A DNA stretch of 64,000 nt from a virus (lineage: Duplodnaviria; Caudoviricetes): the IMG/VR virus record IMGVR_UViG_3300008110_007313, one strand, 5' to 3'. The notes below the pieces were generated by a model that did not search any database, had not been told where the DNA came from, and saw only the letters and a program-made list of their open reading frames with translations. The position numbers and the translations under genes were made by a program. Every line of letters starts with the position of its first letter. Position 1 is the first letter of the stretch. Positions 1 through 8,114 of the stretch are shown one piece after another.

Positions 1-200
1 ACATCATTGTGTTCGGCCTGTACCGTAGACACACATTCTCGCCAGCCGTATGCCTGTGTCCATACTGAGCTGTCTAAAATTTTGATCTTGTTTAACACAC
101 TCACTCCTTGTGTTACGGTGCGCGAGCTCATTGAGCACACGTCAGGCTGACCTGAGGCCAACGCCGGCACCATGGTTAAAAGAACTAGTAATTTTTTCAT
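1..200 (-). CDS. hypothetical exported protein, truncated by window edge
   Basis: Manual translation MKKLLVLLTMVPALASGQPDVC...; signal-peptide-like N-terminus; open to position 1. Confidence 0.7.
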   Translation of the reverse strand, partial: MKKLLVLLTMVPALASGQPDVCSMSSRTVTQGVSVLNKIKILDSSVWTQAYGWRECVSTVQAEHND

Positions 201-247
201 TTGAATTCACAAACCTGTTTGGCAAGTTCTTTAATTCGTTCGTTCAT
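197..247 (-). pseudogene. 16-aa remnant MNERIKELAKQVCEFK of a common phage small-protein family
   Basis: Family-typical N-terminus but very short; ATGA overlap with next gene. Confidence 0.4.
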
Positions 248-378
248 AGAAGTCTTTTCCAAGTTTAGCATCTACCATTCTATGACCATGCACATCCGCC
301 CAGAACTGCTAACGCCACATAGGCAGCATGAGCCATGGCCGTGTGCAGTGTTTCAATTGGGTTTGTTGCTTGTGACAT
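231..378 (-). pseudogene. frameshifted or internally deleted hypothetical gene
   Basis: MSQATNPIETLHTAMAHAAYVAL in one frame; FWADVHGHRMVDAKLGKDFYERTN in another; frame switch near 304-310. Confidence 0.55.
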
Positions 379-566
379 TATTCTTCAACTCCGAAATGTT
401 TTAGGATATCAAAAGCATTGTCATCGTCTGCAACAAGGTCAGCACATTCACGAACAATCAACTCGGCATATTTTTCCAAAGCGGCTTCCCATGGGACTCG
501 CTTGGCACCAAGTCCGTATACATCAAGACCGCTTTGTCGTTCAAATTCTCGAAGTAGTTTGTTCAT
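378..566 (-). CDS. hypothetical phage protein (AELIVREC family)
   Basis: 62 aa ORF; LEKYAELIVRECA...KHFGVEE; overlaps neighbours. Confidence 0.8.
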   Translation of the reverse strand: MNKLLREFERQSGLDVYGLGAKRVPWEAALEKYAELIVRECADLVADDDNAFDILKHFGVEE

Positions 567-712
567 TGTATTTCTCGGTTAGGATGTTTTGGATTACGAC
601 GGTATTCGGTCTTGGGACGTTCCACACGACCGCGGAAAGGCAAGTCCTGATCAAACAGAGCACGGTGTCGACGCTCCTTGGGTATTTGTAATCGAAATTG
701 TATAGGTTTCAT
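563..712 (-). CDS. ArfA-like alternative ribosome rescue peptide (49 aa)
   Basis: ALFDQDLPFRGRVERPKTEYRRNPKHPNR resembles E. coli ArfA [31 protein letters not shown]. Confidence 0.55.
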   Translation of the reverse strand: MKPIQFRLQIPKERRHRALFDQDLPFRGRVERPKTEYRRNPKHPNREIQ

Positions 713-924
713 TCTAACTCTCCAGTTACGACATTGACTTTGCCATTGTACACAGCACAAACTATTTCCTGGTTGGCAACTTTGAATGCAGTTTCATTGA
801 AACGGTCAATGTATGCCTGTGCTTCTACGGCAGTGTCAAACTCTTTTTCCAATCTAACTTTGTGCAAATTGGGCCGTCCCAACTCAACAGGGTGAACTTG
901 AACAATATGTTTAAATTTTGCCAT
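709..924 (-). CDS. hypothetical protein
   Basis: 71 aa ORF, SD AAGGA, ATGA coupling. Confidence 0.75.
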   Translation of the reverse strand: MAKFKHIVQVHPVELGRPNLHKVRLEKEFDTAVEAQAYIDRFNETAFKVANQEIVCAVYNGKVNVVTGELE

Positions 925-945
925 TTCGATGATCCTTGCAGTTTA

Positions 946-1182
946 TTAACCCCAATCTTTTTTGTCGCCATTGGCTTCATTGTCGCGATAACCTGCTGTA
1001 TAGGCCGCGAGCTCTGATGGGGTCATCTGCTCCATGTCAATGCGACGACTTCTGTGAGTGTCGCCTGCAAAGTAATGAGGCCAGTAGTCACGACCGTAGT
1101 AGCTGTCTGCTACGCCGCGATCGTATGGACTGCCATGGCGTTGATCATAATGACCAGATTGTGTAGTTGTTTCTGCCAACAT
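946..1182 (-). CDS. hypothetical early protein
   Basis: Start MLAETT after SD, downstream of a sigma70 promoter. Confidence 0.75.
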   Translation of the reverse strand: MLAETTTQSGHYDQRHGSPYDRGVADSYYGRDYWPHYFAGDTHRSRRIDMEQMTPSELAAYTAGYRDNEANGDKKDWG

Positions 1183-1209
1183 TTTGTGTTCCTTTGTGTC
1201 TATGTGAGT

Positions 1210-1238
1210 ATTATAACAAATTGGCAATTTTGAGTCAA
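1210..1238 (-). promoter_or_regulatory. sigma70 early promoter
   Basis: TTGACT-17-TATAAT with TG extension. Confidence 0.85.
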
Positions 1239-1240
1239 CC

Positions 1241-1264
1241 AAAAGAAAAGCCCCTTGCGGGGCT
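1241..1264 (-). terminator. intrinsic terminator
   Basis: AGCCCC-GCAA-GGGGCT then TTTCTTTT. Confidence 0.85.
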
Positions 1265-1285
1265 CTAAAATGTAGTACTTGAGTA

Positions 1286-1561
1286 TTACTTTTTAGATGT
1301 GGTAGCTGTGTAGGCTTTCATGATGCCTTCACCAAATTTGGTGTAGTCAAATTTCATAGCGTCTTGTGTGGCCTTGACCATTTCTGTGGTCAATGTGGTA
1401 AATGTGTCCATGCTCACTTTGGTGGCCTTTTTGGTGTAGTCAGCTTGAGCATCAATGAACTTGATCATTGCGTCTTTGGCTGTTTCATTTTGAACAAAAG
1501 TATTCACGAAAGTCTTTTTACCGGTTTGTACGGTGTCGATGATTGCGTCTGCTGTAAACAT
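1286..1561 (-). CDS. phasin-like (PHA granule-associated) protein
   Basis: 91 aa, amphipathic helical, A/T/K-rich; PhaR-type box upstream. Confidence 0.55.
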   Translation of the reverse strand: MFTADAIIDTVQTGKKTFVNTFVQNETAKDAMIKFIDAQADYTKKATKVSMDTFTTLTTEMVKATQDAMKFDYTKFGEGIMKAYTATTSKK

Positions 1562-1618
1562 GTGTTTCTCCTAATTTAAGCGAGTTTGCTATAGGACCCG
1601 GCCTATCCAGCGTCCTAT
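1562..1618 (-). promoter_or_regulatory. ROSE-like 5' UTR (candidate RNA thermometer)
   Basis: Bulged-G hairpin ATAGGACGCT..CGGGTCCTAT, then CTCGCT able to pair with SD AGGAG. Confidence 0.6.
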
Positions 1619-1623
1619 GTTGT

Positions 1624-1655
1624 ATTATATATGATAATTTTGCTGCATTGCAACA
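1624..1655 (-). promoter_or_regulatory. promoter with overlapping PhaR-type operator
   Basis: TTGCAA-18-TATAAT; TGCAATGCAGCA at 1641-1652 within imperfect palindrome TGTTGCAATGCAGCA. Confidence 0.55.
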
Positions 1656-1736
1656 TATTTTCAGCACTTTAGTGACCATTCACTAATTTTAAATACATTG
1701 GCTGTGTCGATAGTAAATAGTATACAGGAGAACTTT

Positions 1737-2048
1737 ATGCTAAAAGCAATTTTTGATTGGTTTAAAAAACCCAGCCCTGCGGCACAAGCGCCAGCAGTAC
1801 AACCAGAAGCTGTGCCCTACAAAGTAGAAGCACCTGCTCAGGTTGCCCCAGTGATAGAAGCCGCACCTGTTGTGGCCGCACCTGCTGACGTTGGCAAACC
1901 TGCAGATGACCGAGTAGAGGCCACTGCCCGACCTGCTCGCAAGCCCCGAGCCAAGCCAGCGGCAAAACCGGCAGCTGGATCAGCAACAAAACCGGCAGCG
2001 ATCACAGCAGCCAAAAAGCCCCAAGGCCGCAAGCCAGCACAAAAATAA
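1737..2048 (+). CDS. Ala/Pro/Lys-rich protein with histone H1-like tail
   Basis: SD AGGAG; KPRAKPAAKPAA..KPAA..AAKKP. Confidence 0.75.
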   Translation: MLKAIFDWFKKPSPAAQAPAVQPEAVPYKVEAPAQVAPVIEAAPVVAAPADVGKPADDRVEATARPARKPRAKPAAKPAAGSATKPAAITAAKKPQGRKPAQK

Positions 2049-2074
2049 AAAAAGCCCCAGAAGGGGCTTTTTTA
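2047..2074. terminator. bidirectional intrinsic terminator
   Basis: AAAAAAGCCCC-AGAA-GGGGCTTTTTT between convergent genes. Confidence 0.9.
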
Positions 2075-2362
2075 TTAAGTCAACATCCTGACCAAACCCA
2101 CAGTGTCAATAGTGGTCAGCAATAGATAGTTAGCCAGCATGCCAAAACTTCTCCGAGTCCAAGCAGCCCAAGCATAGAGAGCACAGCCAAAGATCCAAAC
2201 AGGATAAAGAGCAAGAAGCGGAGGATTGGGGACTGTGAGCGCCATAGTAATACTGCAACCAATACTGATAGCCCAAGCAAGCAACTCAATAGCAAAGCGA
2301 ATTCTGTTAGACTTAAAGTCATCTCTGATCCAGCTAAATGTGTTAAGCAGTATATCGTTCAT
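2075..2362 (-). CDS. small multi-pass membrane protein
   Basis: 95 aa with about three hydrophobic segments. Confidence 0.75.
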   Translation of the reverse strand: MNDILLNTFSWIRDDFKSNRIRFAIELLAWAISIGCSITMALTVPNPPLLALYPVWIFGCALYAWAAWTRRSFGMLANYLLLTTIDTVGLVRMLT

Positions 2363-3368
2363 AAACCTGTTGACTGGCTAGATTCTTGCCTTTGGCCTCA
2401 CACTCAATATCAAACTTGTCAGCAAAGGACAATGCCCAATCAGTCACAGCATCGTTCCAGTAGAAGTCACTGTGAGCACGGAGCTTTTGCTTTTTATAAC
2501 CTCTACCAAGAAGGGAAGCAAGGTCTGGGCGAACTCGTCGATCATGGTCAACCAAAATATCTTCGCGACTAACTGAGTAATGAAGAACAGGACGAATACC
2601 ACGCCAAGAGTCAATAACCCTTGCAACGCGATCATCTTGTGGGGAGATGTATTCGCCGCTGTTGATCCAATGGTGGTGTATGTCCAGTACGAGAGCCACA
2701 TGCTCAGCCACAAGTAAAGTAGTGTCAAGTCCATTAGATATTTCGTCGTTTTCTATAGTTATGAGATTTCGAGCCTCGGGACTCAATCGCTTGAGTGTTT
2801 GTAAAAACTTAGCAGGGCCGCCTTTGCCTGACAGGTGCACGTTGATACCAAAGCCATGATCATGCCAAGTGCTACCATAGCCCATCCAACGTGCCATGTC
2901 TGCATGGTATTCAAATTCTTCCACGCTACGATCCACAATTTCGTCGCTTTCCGAAGCCAGCACACAAAACTGTCCTGGATGAAAATCCAAACGCACATCC
3001 AGCCTGCGAGCAGTTTCGCCAATGGGTGCAAATATCTTTTCAAGATGACGCTGAATGTCGGACTGTTGCCACCAGGCCTTCCAGTCGCGTTCAGTGTAGC
3101 CTTGTAGCATTTCACTGCCCAGACGCACCATGCGTCGATTTTTAGGTAGTGTAGCCACACGCTCGATCATTTTTACAGCGGCAGCGGCATTGTGATTCAT
3201 GATATCCCACTGTCGCTGTTCGGCTTCGTCGCGATGCTCGCGCAGCCAGCGCATGGTAGTTGAACGCCCGTTAAGGTCCCGATCTTTTGCATTGACTTTC
3301 ATGCCGCCGCATTCGGACGGATCATTAAGCCACTTGCAACAAAAGCCAATTCGAGGATGTGTATTCAT
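2343..3368 (-). CDS. uvsE: UV damage endonuclease (UvsE/UVDE)
   Basis: RIGFCCK, RLDFHPGQFCVLAS, ITIENDE, LDIHHH, AHSD, ECEAKGKNLA motifs. Confidence 0.9.
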   Translation of the reverse strand: MNTHPRIGFCCKWLNDPSECGGMKVNAKDRDLNGRSTTMRWLREHRDEAEQRQWDIMNHNAAAAVKMIERVATLPKNRRMVRLGSEMLQGYTERDWKAWWQQSDIQRHLEKIFAPIGETARRLDVRLDFHPGQFCVLASESDEIVDRSVEEFEYHADMARWMGYGSTWHDHGFGINVHLSGKGGPAKFLQTLKRLSPEARNLITIENDEISNGLDTTLLVAEHVALVLDIHHHWINSGEYISPQDDRVARVIDSWRGIRPVLHYSVSREDILVDHDRRVRPDLASLLGRGYKKQKLRAHSDFYWNDAVTDWALSFADKFDIECEAKGKNLASQQVYERYTA

Positions 3369-3374
3369 GCAGTT

Positions 3375-3403
3375 ATTATACAATAATCTGCATATATTAT
3401 CAA
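3375..3403 (-). promoter_or_regulatory. sigma70 promoter of uvsE (leaderless)
   Basis: TTGATA-17-TATAAT then 6 nt then ATG; no SD. Confidence 0.7.
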
Positions 3404-4320
3404 CCTTGAGATGCCCGAATTAGGTCTAGCGTAACACAATGAAATCCGCCGCCTAGTGTGCGACTGTGGCGTAATTCCAACGGAATCACAGTGAAACCTT
3501 TCTTTTCCAGGGTATTGGCAAGAGATGTCTGTCTTTTATCACATATAACTGTGTTTGGGTCTACTGCAAGCATATTAAGGGCAATCCATTTTGATGCATA
3601 CGGGTACTGATAAAAGTCTTGGGGCACAACCTCATCCACAAAAATCTTCTCCCAATCGCGGAACACGTTTGGGCAGTTGGATTCGTTGACTCTTGATCCA
3701 TTTAATAACACCAACCCTTCTCTCAGCGGAACCACGGTTGAATCAATATGCACGCCAGCATAAAAATTACACAATTCGATTTCTACCGTGGGAAATACAT
3801 CACACAACCATTCGTATGCTGCTCGATTGCCTGAAGCTGATTCTAAGAACAACATCCGGTCTCCCAGACGACAGATATTAGCAGCATCTAGCACCATGCC
3901 TGAATTTCTGGGCATAAAATGATAGTGTTCTACAGCATCCACAATATCGTGATAGCACTGTAGTTCCATGTCTCTACAGGGATACATCATGGCAGGATCT
4001 ACAATGGTGTTGCCGTAGACCAACAGCCGGTCACGAGGGCAATAGTTATACATGCCGTCGTGCACTTGGAAGTTCAGTGGTTCTGGACGCACAACTTCGA
4101 CCCCTAGGCTCGACAGTGTCATTGCCAGTTTGTTGAGATCCTCGTTGGTTTCGTCAATGATGTGTTGTGGCACTGGACCGCTGGGCACAGGCGTTTCAGT
4201 CCAGGTTGTTTTTTGTGATTCTTGAGAAAATACAGGATCCAGCACAGGCCAGTTGGCATGGGAAGCATCACCGACCACAATTTTTTTCAGTGGGCTCCAC
4301 TCGTCGTAGCTAGATATCAT
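3400..4320 (-). CDS. amidinotransferase (glycine/inosamine-phosphate type)
   Basis: SYDEWSPLKKIVVG, CPRD, HID, GGGFHCVTLD (catalytic D/H/C). Confidence 0.9.
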   Translation of the reverse strand: MISSYDEWSPLKKIVVGDASHANWPVLDPVFSQESQKTTWTETPVPSGPVPQHIIDETNEDLNKLAMTLSSLGVEVVRPEPLNFQVHDGMYNYCPRDRLLVYGNTIVDPAMMYPCRDMELQCYHDIVDAVEHYHFMPRNSGMVLDAANICRLGDRMLFLESASGNRAAYEWLCDVFPTVEIELCNFYAGVHIDSTVVPLREGLVLLNGSRVNESNCPNVFRDWEKIFVDEVVPQDFYQYPYASKWIALNMLAVDPNTVICDKRQTSLANTLEKKGFTVIPLELRHSRTLGGGFHCVTLDLIRASQG

Positions 4321-4835
4321 AGGTGTCCTGTAATTTGCAATGTATAACGATCTTCTAAACCGACGTTTGCTGCCATGTGTGGTGTGTTATAAACCCATTC
4401 TACTGTGTCTCCGGCACGCCAGTTTACGTATGGTTTGCCTTCAACTTCTAAATAGTGGCCTGGTTTCCAATCTTCCAGCAACAGCAATGCCCGTCTAATG
4501 GTATGTTCATGACCTTCAAGATCAAACAGTTCAATATAGCGTTTGTAAAGATCACTGTGTACTGGCATCACTGTGCCTGTGGGCATGCGATAAAAAGCAA
4601 GACCAATATTTCGCCAACCTTGCTCGGCATAGATGTTGATGAACTTGCTAGCCCAGTTAGGTAAACGATGTCGCATGTCGCACAAGTCGCCACAGATTTT
4701 ATCGTTGTATCCTTGACTGAGCCATAGGCTCACTGTGTCAGGATCATTGAACGGTTCTTGGATGTAGTCCAGTGTTTTGAACTCATCATCCCAGAACCGG
4801 TCTATGTGATACTTAATGCTTACGGGTGTTGCCAT
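4317..4835 (-). CDS. 2OG-Fe(II) oxygenase / cupin-like protein
   Basis: PVHSD...PHMAAN...RYTLQITG. Confidence 0.7.
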   Translation of the reverse strand: MATPVSIKYHIDRFWDDEFKTLDYIQEPFNDPDTVSLWLSQGYNDKICGDLCDMRHRLPNWASKFINIYAEQGWRNIGLAFYRMPTGTVMPVHSDLYKRYIELFDLEGHEHTIRRALLLLEDWKPGHYLEVEGKPYVNWRAGDTVEWVYNTPHMAANVGLEDRYTLQITGHL

Positions 4836-5997
4836 AGTGAACAACTTTGACTGAGCTGGTTGAAGCCAGTTTGCGCCACGGATCAACAATTACTGATCCT
4901 GGTTTGATATCACAATAGGCCTGTGTGTCTTTTTGTTCACCGGTGTACTCATAAGTGATCTTGCGATTGTGTGCCCACAAATACACAGCAGGTTGGTTGA
5001 CTTCTGTAACCACTTCGTCCTGGTTGTCTGCTAACGGATCGACATACACCACAGGCATGCCTGCTTCTTTGACATAGTGTCCAACCAAGGTAGAGTATGA
5101 ACCAATACAGTATTCAACATCGGGCTTGTAGGCTTTGCCGTGAATCACAATAGGCAGGCCTGTTTTCTTAGCCTCTTCAACCAGGAACAGACCCAAGTTT
5201 TTGGCCTGGATCTCACGAGCATGCATAATTGTGTCAAACAAGTCATAGCCCACTTCATAGTGTTCGGCCAACCAACGCAGGGCAATGGGACCTTGCAGTC
5301 GCATGGTACTGCGAGCCAAGGCGTTGGTAACAACGTCAACGTTGATGTTGCCAATCTTCATGGCAAAGTCTTGAATCATGTTCACAATACCAACCTTAGC
5401 TGAAATGTAGGTGTTGTAGAAGATCTTGATGGCTTCGCATTCGTCCCAGGTACCAATCTCGTAGCGTGGATCGTTGTTCATGATGGTCTTGTACAGTTCA
5501 ATTAACTCACCAGCAACGCCAGTAAGGTCACCATCTTCTGTGCCAATGATAACCATTTCAGGATTGGCCATATCCCACTTCACTGAGCCCATGGCAATCA
5601 AGTACGGGTTGTACAAGAACTGGTGTTTAGGATCTAGCAATGTAATAAATTTGCTACGAGTAGTACCGGGCAATACTGTACTAATCAATACAACCTTTTT
5701 GCTGGACTTGGCGTGCTGATTGACTTTTGTAATAGCGTCAATTACAGCATCGTGGCCAAAGTCTCGAGGCTCCATGTGACTCGATGGCACTGAACCGTCA
5801 TAGCCTTCGGCATGCGGAGTGGGCACTGCAATAAAGATCCAGTCACTTTTGTTCACAAGTTCTTCAATGTCGCAGACTTTTACACTGTCGCTTTGTCGTG
5901 GGTAAATATCGTAACCACGCACTTCGTGCTTTTCTGCCATAACTTCGGCACAATCAAGGCCAAGTTTACCGATACCAATAAAACCAATTTTTTCCAT
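4813..5997 (-). CDS. ugd: UDP-glucose 6-dehydrogenase family with in-frame internal deletion of the catalytic segment
   Basis: GIGKLG, IAVPTP, STVLPGT, NP, KIFYNTYISAK; GGxCxPxD motif missing at RLQGP|IALRWL (5286/5287). Confidence 0.85.
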   Translation of the reverse strand: MEKIGFIGIGKLGLDCAEVMAEKHEVRGYDIYPRQSDSVKVCDIEELVNKSDWIFIAVPTPHAEGYDGSVPSSHMEPRDFGHDAVIDAITKVNQHAKSSKKVVLISTVLPGTTRSKFITLLDPKHQFLYNPYLIAMGSVKWDMANPEMVIIGTEDGDLTGVAGELIELYKTIMNNDPRYEIGTWDECEAIKIFYNTYISAKVGIVNMIQDFAMKIGNINVDVVTNALARSTMRLQGPIALRWLAEHYEVGYDLFDTIMHAREIQAKNLGLFLVEEAKKTGLPIVIHGKAYKPDVEYCIGSYSTLVGHYVKEAGMPVVYVDPLADNQDEVVTEVNQPAVYLWAHNRKITYEYTGEQKDTQAYCDIKPGSVIVDPWRKLASTSSVKVVHYGNTRKH

Positions 5998-6000
5998 ATA

Positions 6001-7263
6001 ATGAGCGTTCCTTTAGATAGATTATACAATCACATAGACAGTCTTTGCGACCATGACGTAATAATTTATCGCTTTTTTCCGCATGGTTCGAAAAAACTCA
6101 GTGATTTAAAAATGTTACAATCATGGAACTGGTTTGAATATATGACTCGACCATTGGCAATATTTCACGATCAGGAGCCGTTAGACTACGATCTCTACAG
6201 CCAACAAGAAGTGTTAGCAACCATTGAGTGTTATGGATTGCCCGCGGTCATGCAGGACATTGCCAAACATACACATTTACGCGGAGTAACCTCGGGGATT
6301 CTGGGAGTGTGTGACAAATCAATCATTGTTCACTCAGAGCAAAACAGTAGTGAAATTCAAAAATATGAACACAATGATTTTGTTGGCGTGTATTGGTGGA
6401 GTCATGCAGCAATTGCAAGAGATTGGTTTAGATATGCCGAGCATGATCCTAACTTAACATTCCGGCACAATCGCAGTCACAAAGATTTCCTGATCTACAA
6501 CCGAGCTTGGCAAGGAACCAGGGAATACAGATTAAAATTTGCTGAACTGTTGGTGCAGGCTGATTTGATAAAAGACTGCAATACAAAATTTTCAGCCACA
6601 GACAACCAACAGTACTACAGTCAACATCAGTTTGTCAACCCACAATTTCAAGTTTCTACGGCTCTAGAAAACTATATTCCTACAAACAACCATGATGCCA
6701 GCGCCAGTGCTGACTATGACAGCAATGACTATCAGACGTCAAACATAGAAGTAGTACTAGAAACACTGTTTGATGACACACGATGGCATCTAACTGAAAA
6801 AAGCCTAAGACCTATTGCTGTTGGCAAGCCATTTTTGTTGATGTCCACACCTGGCAGCTTGAAATATCTTCGCAGTTATGGGTTTGAAACTTTTGCGCCG
6901 CTGATTGATGAAAGCTACGATAGTATCGTTGATCCTGTAGACCGCATGCTCGCAGTGATCAAAGAAATGCAACGTATATCTCAACTGGGTGCCAGTGCAA
7001 AAACAGCATTGTATCAAGAACTCAATAACATCGCTGCAAGAAACAAACAACGTTTTTTCAGCAGAGCTTGGCAAGATCAAATATTTGCTGAGTTGAAAAC
7101 GAATCTAGAAGAAAAAATCAATTACTTGAACAACAACTGTGTTGGTGCAAAGTTTTGGAAGCAGGCTAATCCTGAACCAGCGCAACGATTAGTTGGTATA
7201 AAAACAGCCGTTGGCAACGAAATAGAACAGTTTAGTCAGTGGATGAAGTCAAAAGGCCTTTGA
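6001..7263 (+). CDS. hypothetical protein, glycosyltransferase-like C-terminus
   Basis: Start MSVPLDRLY; VVLETLFDD..TEKSLRPI..KPFL..GFETF. Confidence 0.7.
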   Translation: MSVPLDRLYNHIDSLCDHDVIIYRFFPHGSKKLSDLKMLQSWNWFEYMTRPLAIFHDQEPLDYDLYSQQEVLATIECYGLPAVMQDIAKHTHLRGVTSGILGVCDKSIIVHSEQNSSEIQKYEHNDFVGVYWWSHAAIARDWFRYAEHDPNLTFRHNRSHKDFLIYNRAWQGTREYRLKFAELLVQADLIKDCNTKFSATDNQQYYSQHQFVNPQFQVSTALENYIPTNNHDASASADYDSNDYQTSNIEVVLETLFDDTRWHLTEKSLRPIAVGKPFLLMSTPGSLKYLRSYGFETFAPLIDESYDSIVDPVDRMLAVIKEMQRISQLGASAKTALYQELNNIAARNKQRFFSRAWQDQIFAELKTNLEEKINYLNNNCVGAKFWKQANPEPAQRLVGIKTAVGNEIEQFSQWMKSKGL

Positions 7264-8095
7264 GTCTCTCAAAAACTGCATCGTAGTTGTTGACAGTGTC
7301 CGATGCAAAATCAAAACTCAACATGTTCATCTGTGGGTTTTTGTCACTGATAACATTGAAGGTTTGTGGAAAATCATTGTGTGTGACTTGCTCTAGTTTC
7401 TTAAATTCAAACCGACGTTGTTCTACTAGATCAACTGCACTGCCTTGTGCCAGTACCCAATTACCCAAAACTTCATACTCACTGAACCACTTGACATTGG
7501 CCACATAGTCCCACGGAGTGTATTCAATCATAGCATCCAGTACATTCATGCCATGACGTTGTTCAATAAGGCGTTTTAGATTAGCCCAGTCCTGACTGAA
7601 CACAGGCATCATGTCGCATACAAAACAGTGAGGGGTCTGTCGCTCTAGACCAGTGATTGCTTGGAACCCTTCGTAGTATCCAGGAGCATGTTTTATGTTG
7701 GGCAGGTTCCAGAGTTGCAATCGCCCTTCAACTTGGTACTGATATGGGCTAGTGCAAAAAGTATCTGCATCGTGCAAGAACAATATGTCATGATCCAACA
7801 AGTCAATCATGGCCAGTTTCAAGGCCTGTTGAAACAACCAGGCACCGCGATAGTCGCCGCTAATGTTCCAGTTTTTTACAGTTGGGCGTTGATCAATAAC
7901 TTCTTGGTCAGTGAGATACACAAAGTTTGAAGTATCAATGCCGTATTTGACAAACACAGAATTTAATCGTTGTCCATTCAATGGCGAAACAATGTAGGTC
8001 TGGTCTACAGGCTGTAGATAACGATCAAATTGCAGTGTTAAACAGGCGTTGCCAATACGATGGGCGCCTACTGGCATTATTCGTGCTGTTCTCAC
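7232..8095 (-). CDS. hypothetical protein, possible glycosyltransferase-like (DxD)
   Basis: 287 aa; QQALKL, HDADTF, FSEYEVLG. Confidence 0.6.
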   Translation of the reverse strand: MRTARIMPVGAHRIGNACLTLQFDRYLQPVDQTYIVSPLNGQRLNSVFVKYGIDTSNFVYLTDQEVIDQRPTVKNWNISGDYRGAWLFQQALKLAMIDLLDHDILFLHDADTFCTSPYQYQVEGRLQLWNLPNIKHAPGYYEGFQAITGLERQTPHCFVCDMMPVFSQDWANLKRLIEQRHGMNVLDAMIEYTPWDYVANVKWFSEYEVLGNWVLAQGSAVDLVEQRRFEFKKLEQVTHNDFPQTFNVISDKNPQMNMLSFDFASDTVNNYDAVFERLKGLLTSSTD

Positions 8096-8114
8096 AATGA
8101 TTCCCGGTAAAATC

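Noticed and set aside
5812-6000. N-terminal extension of the 5812-7263 ORF
   Set aside because: Overlaps ugd in antisense; the MSVPLDRLY start at 6001 is more plausible
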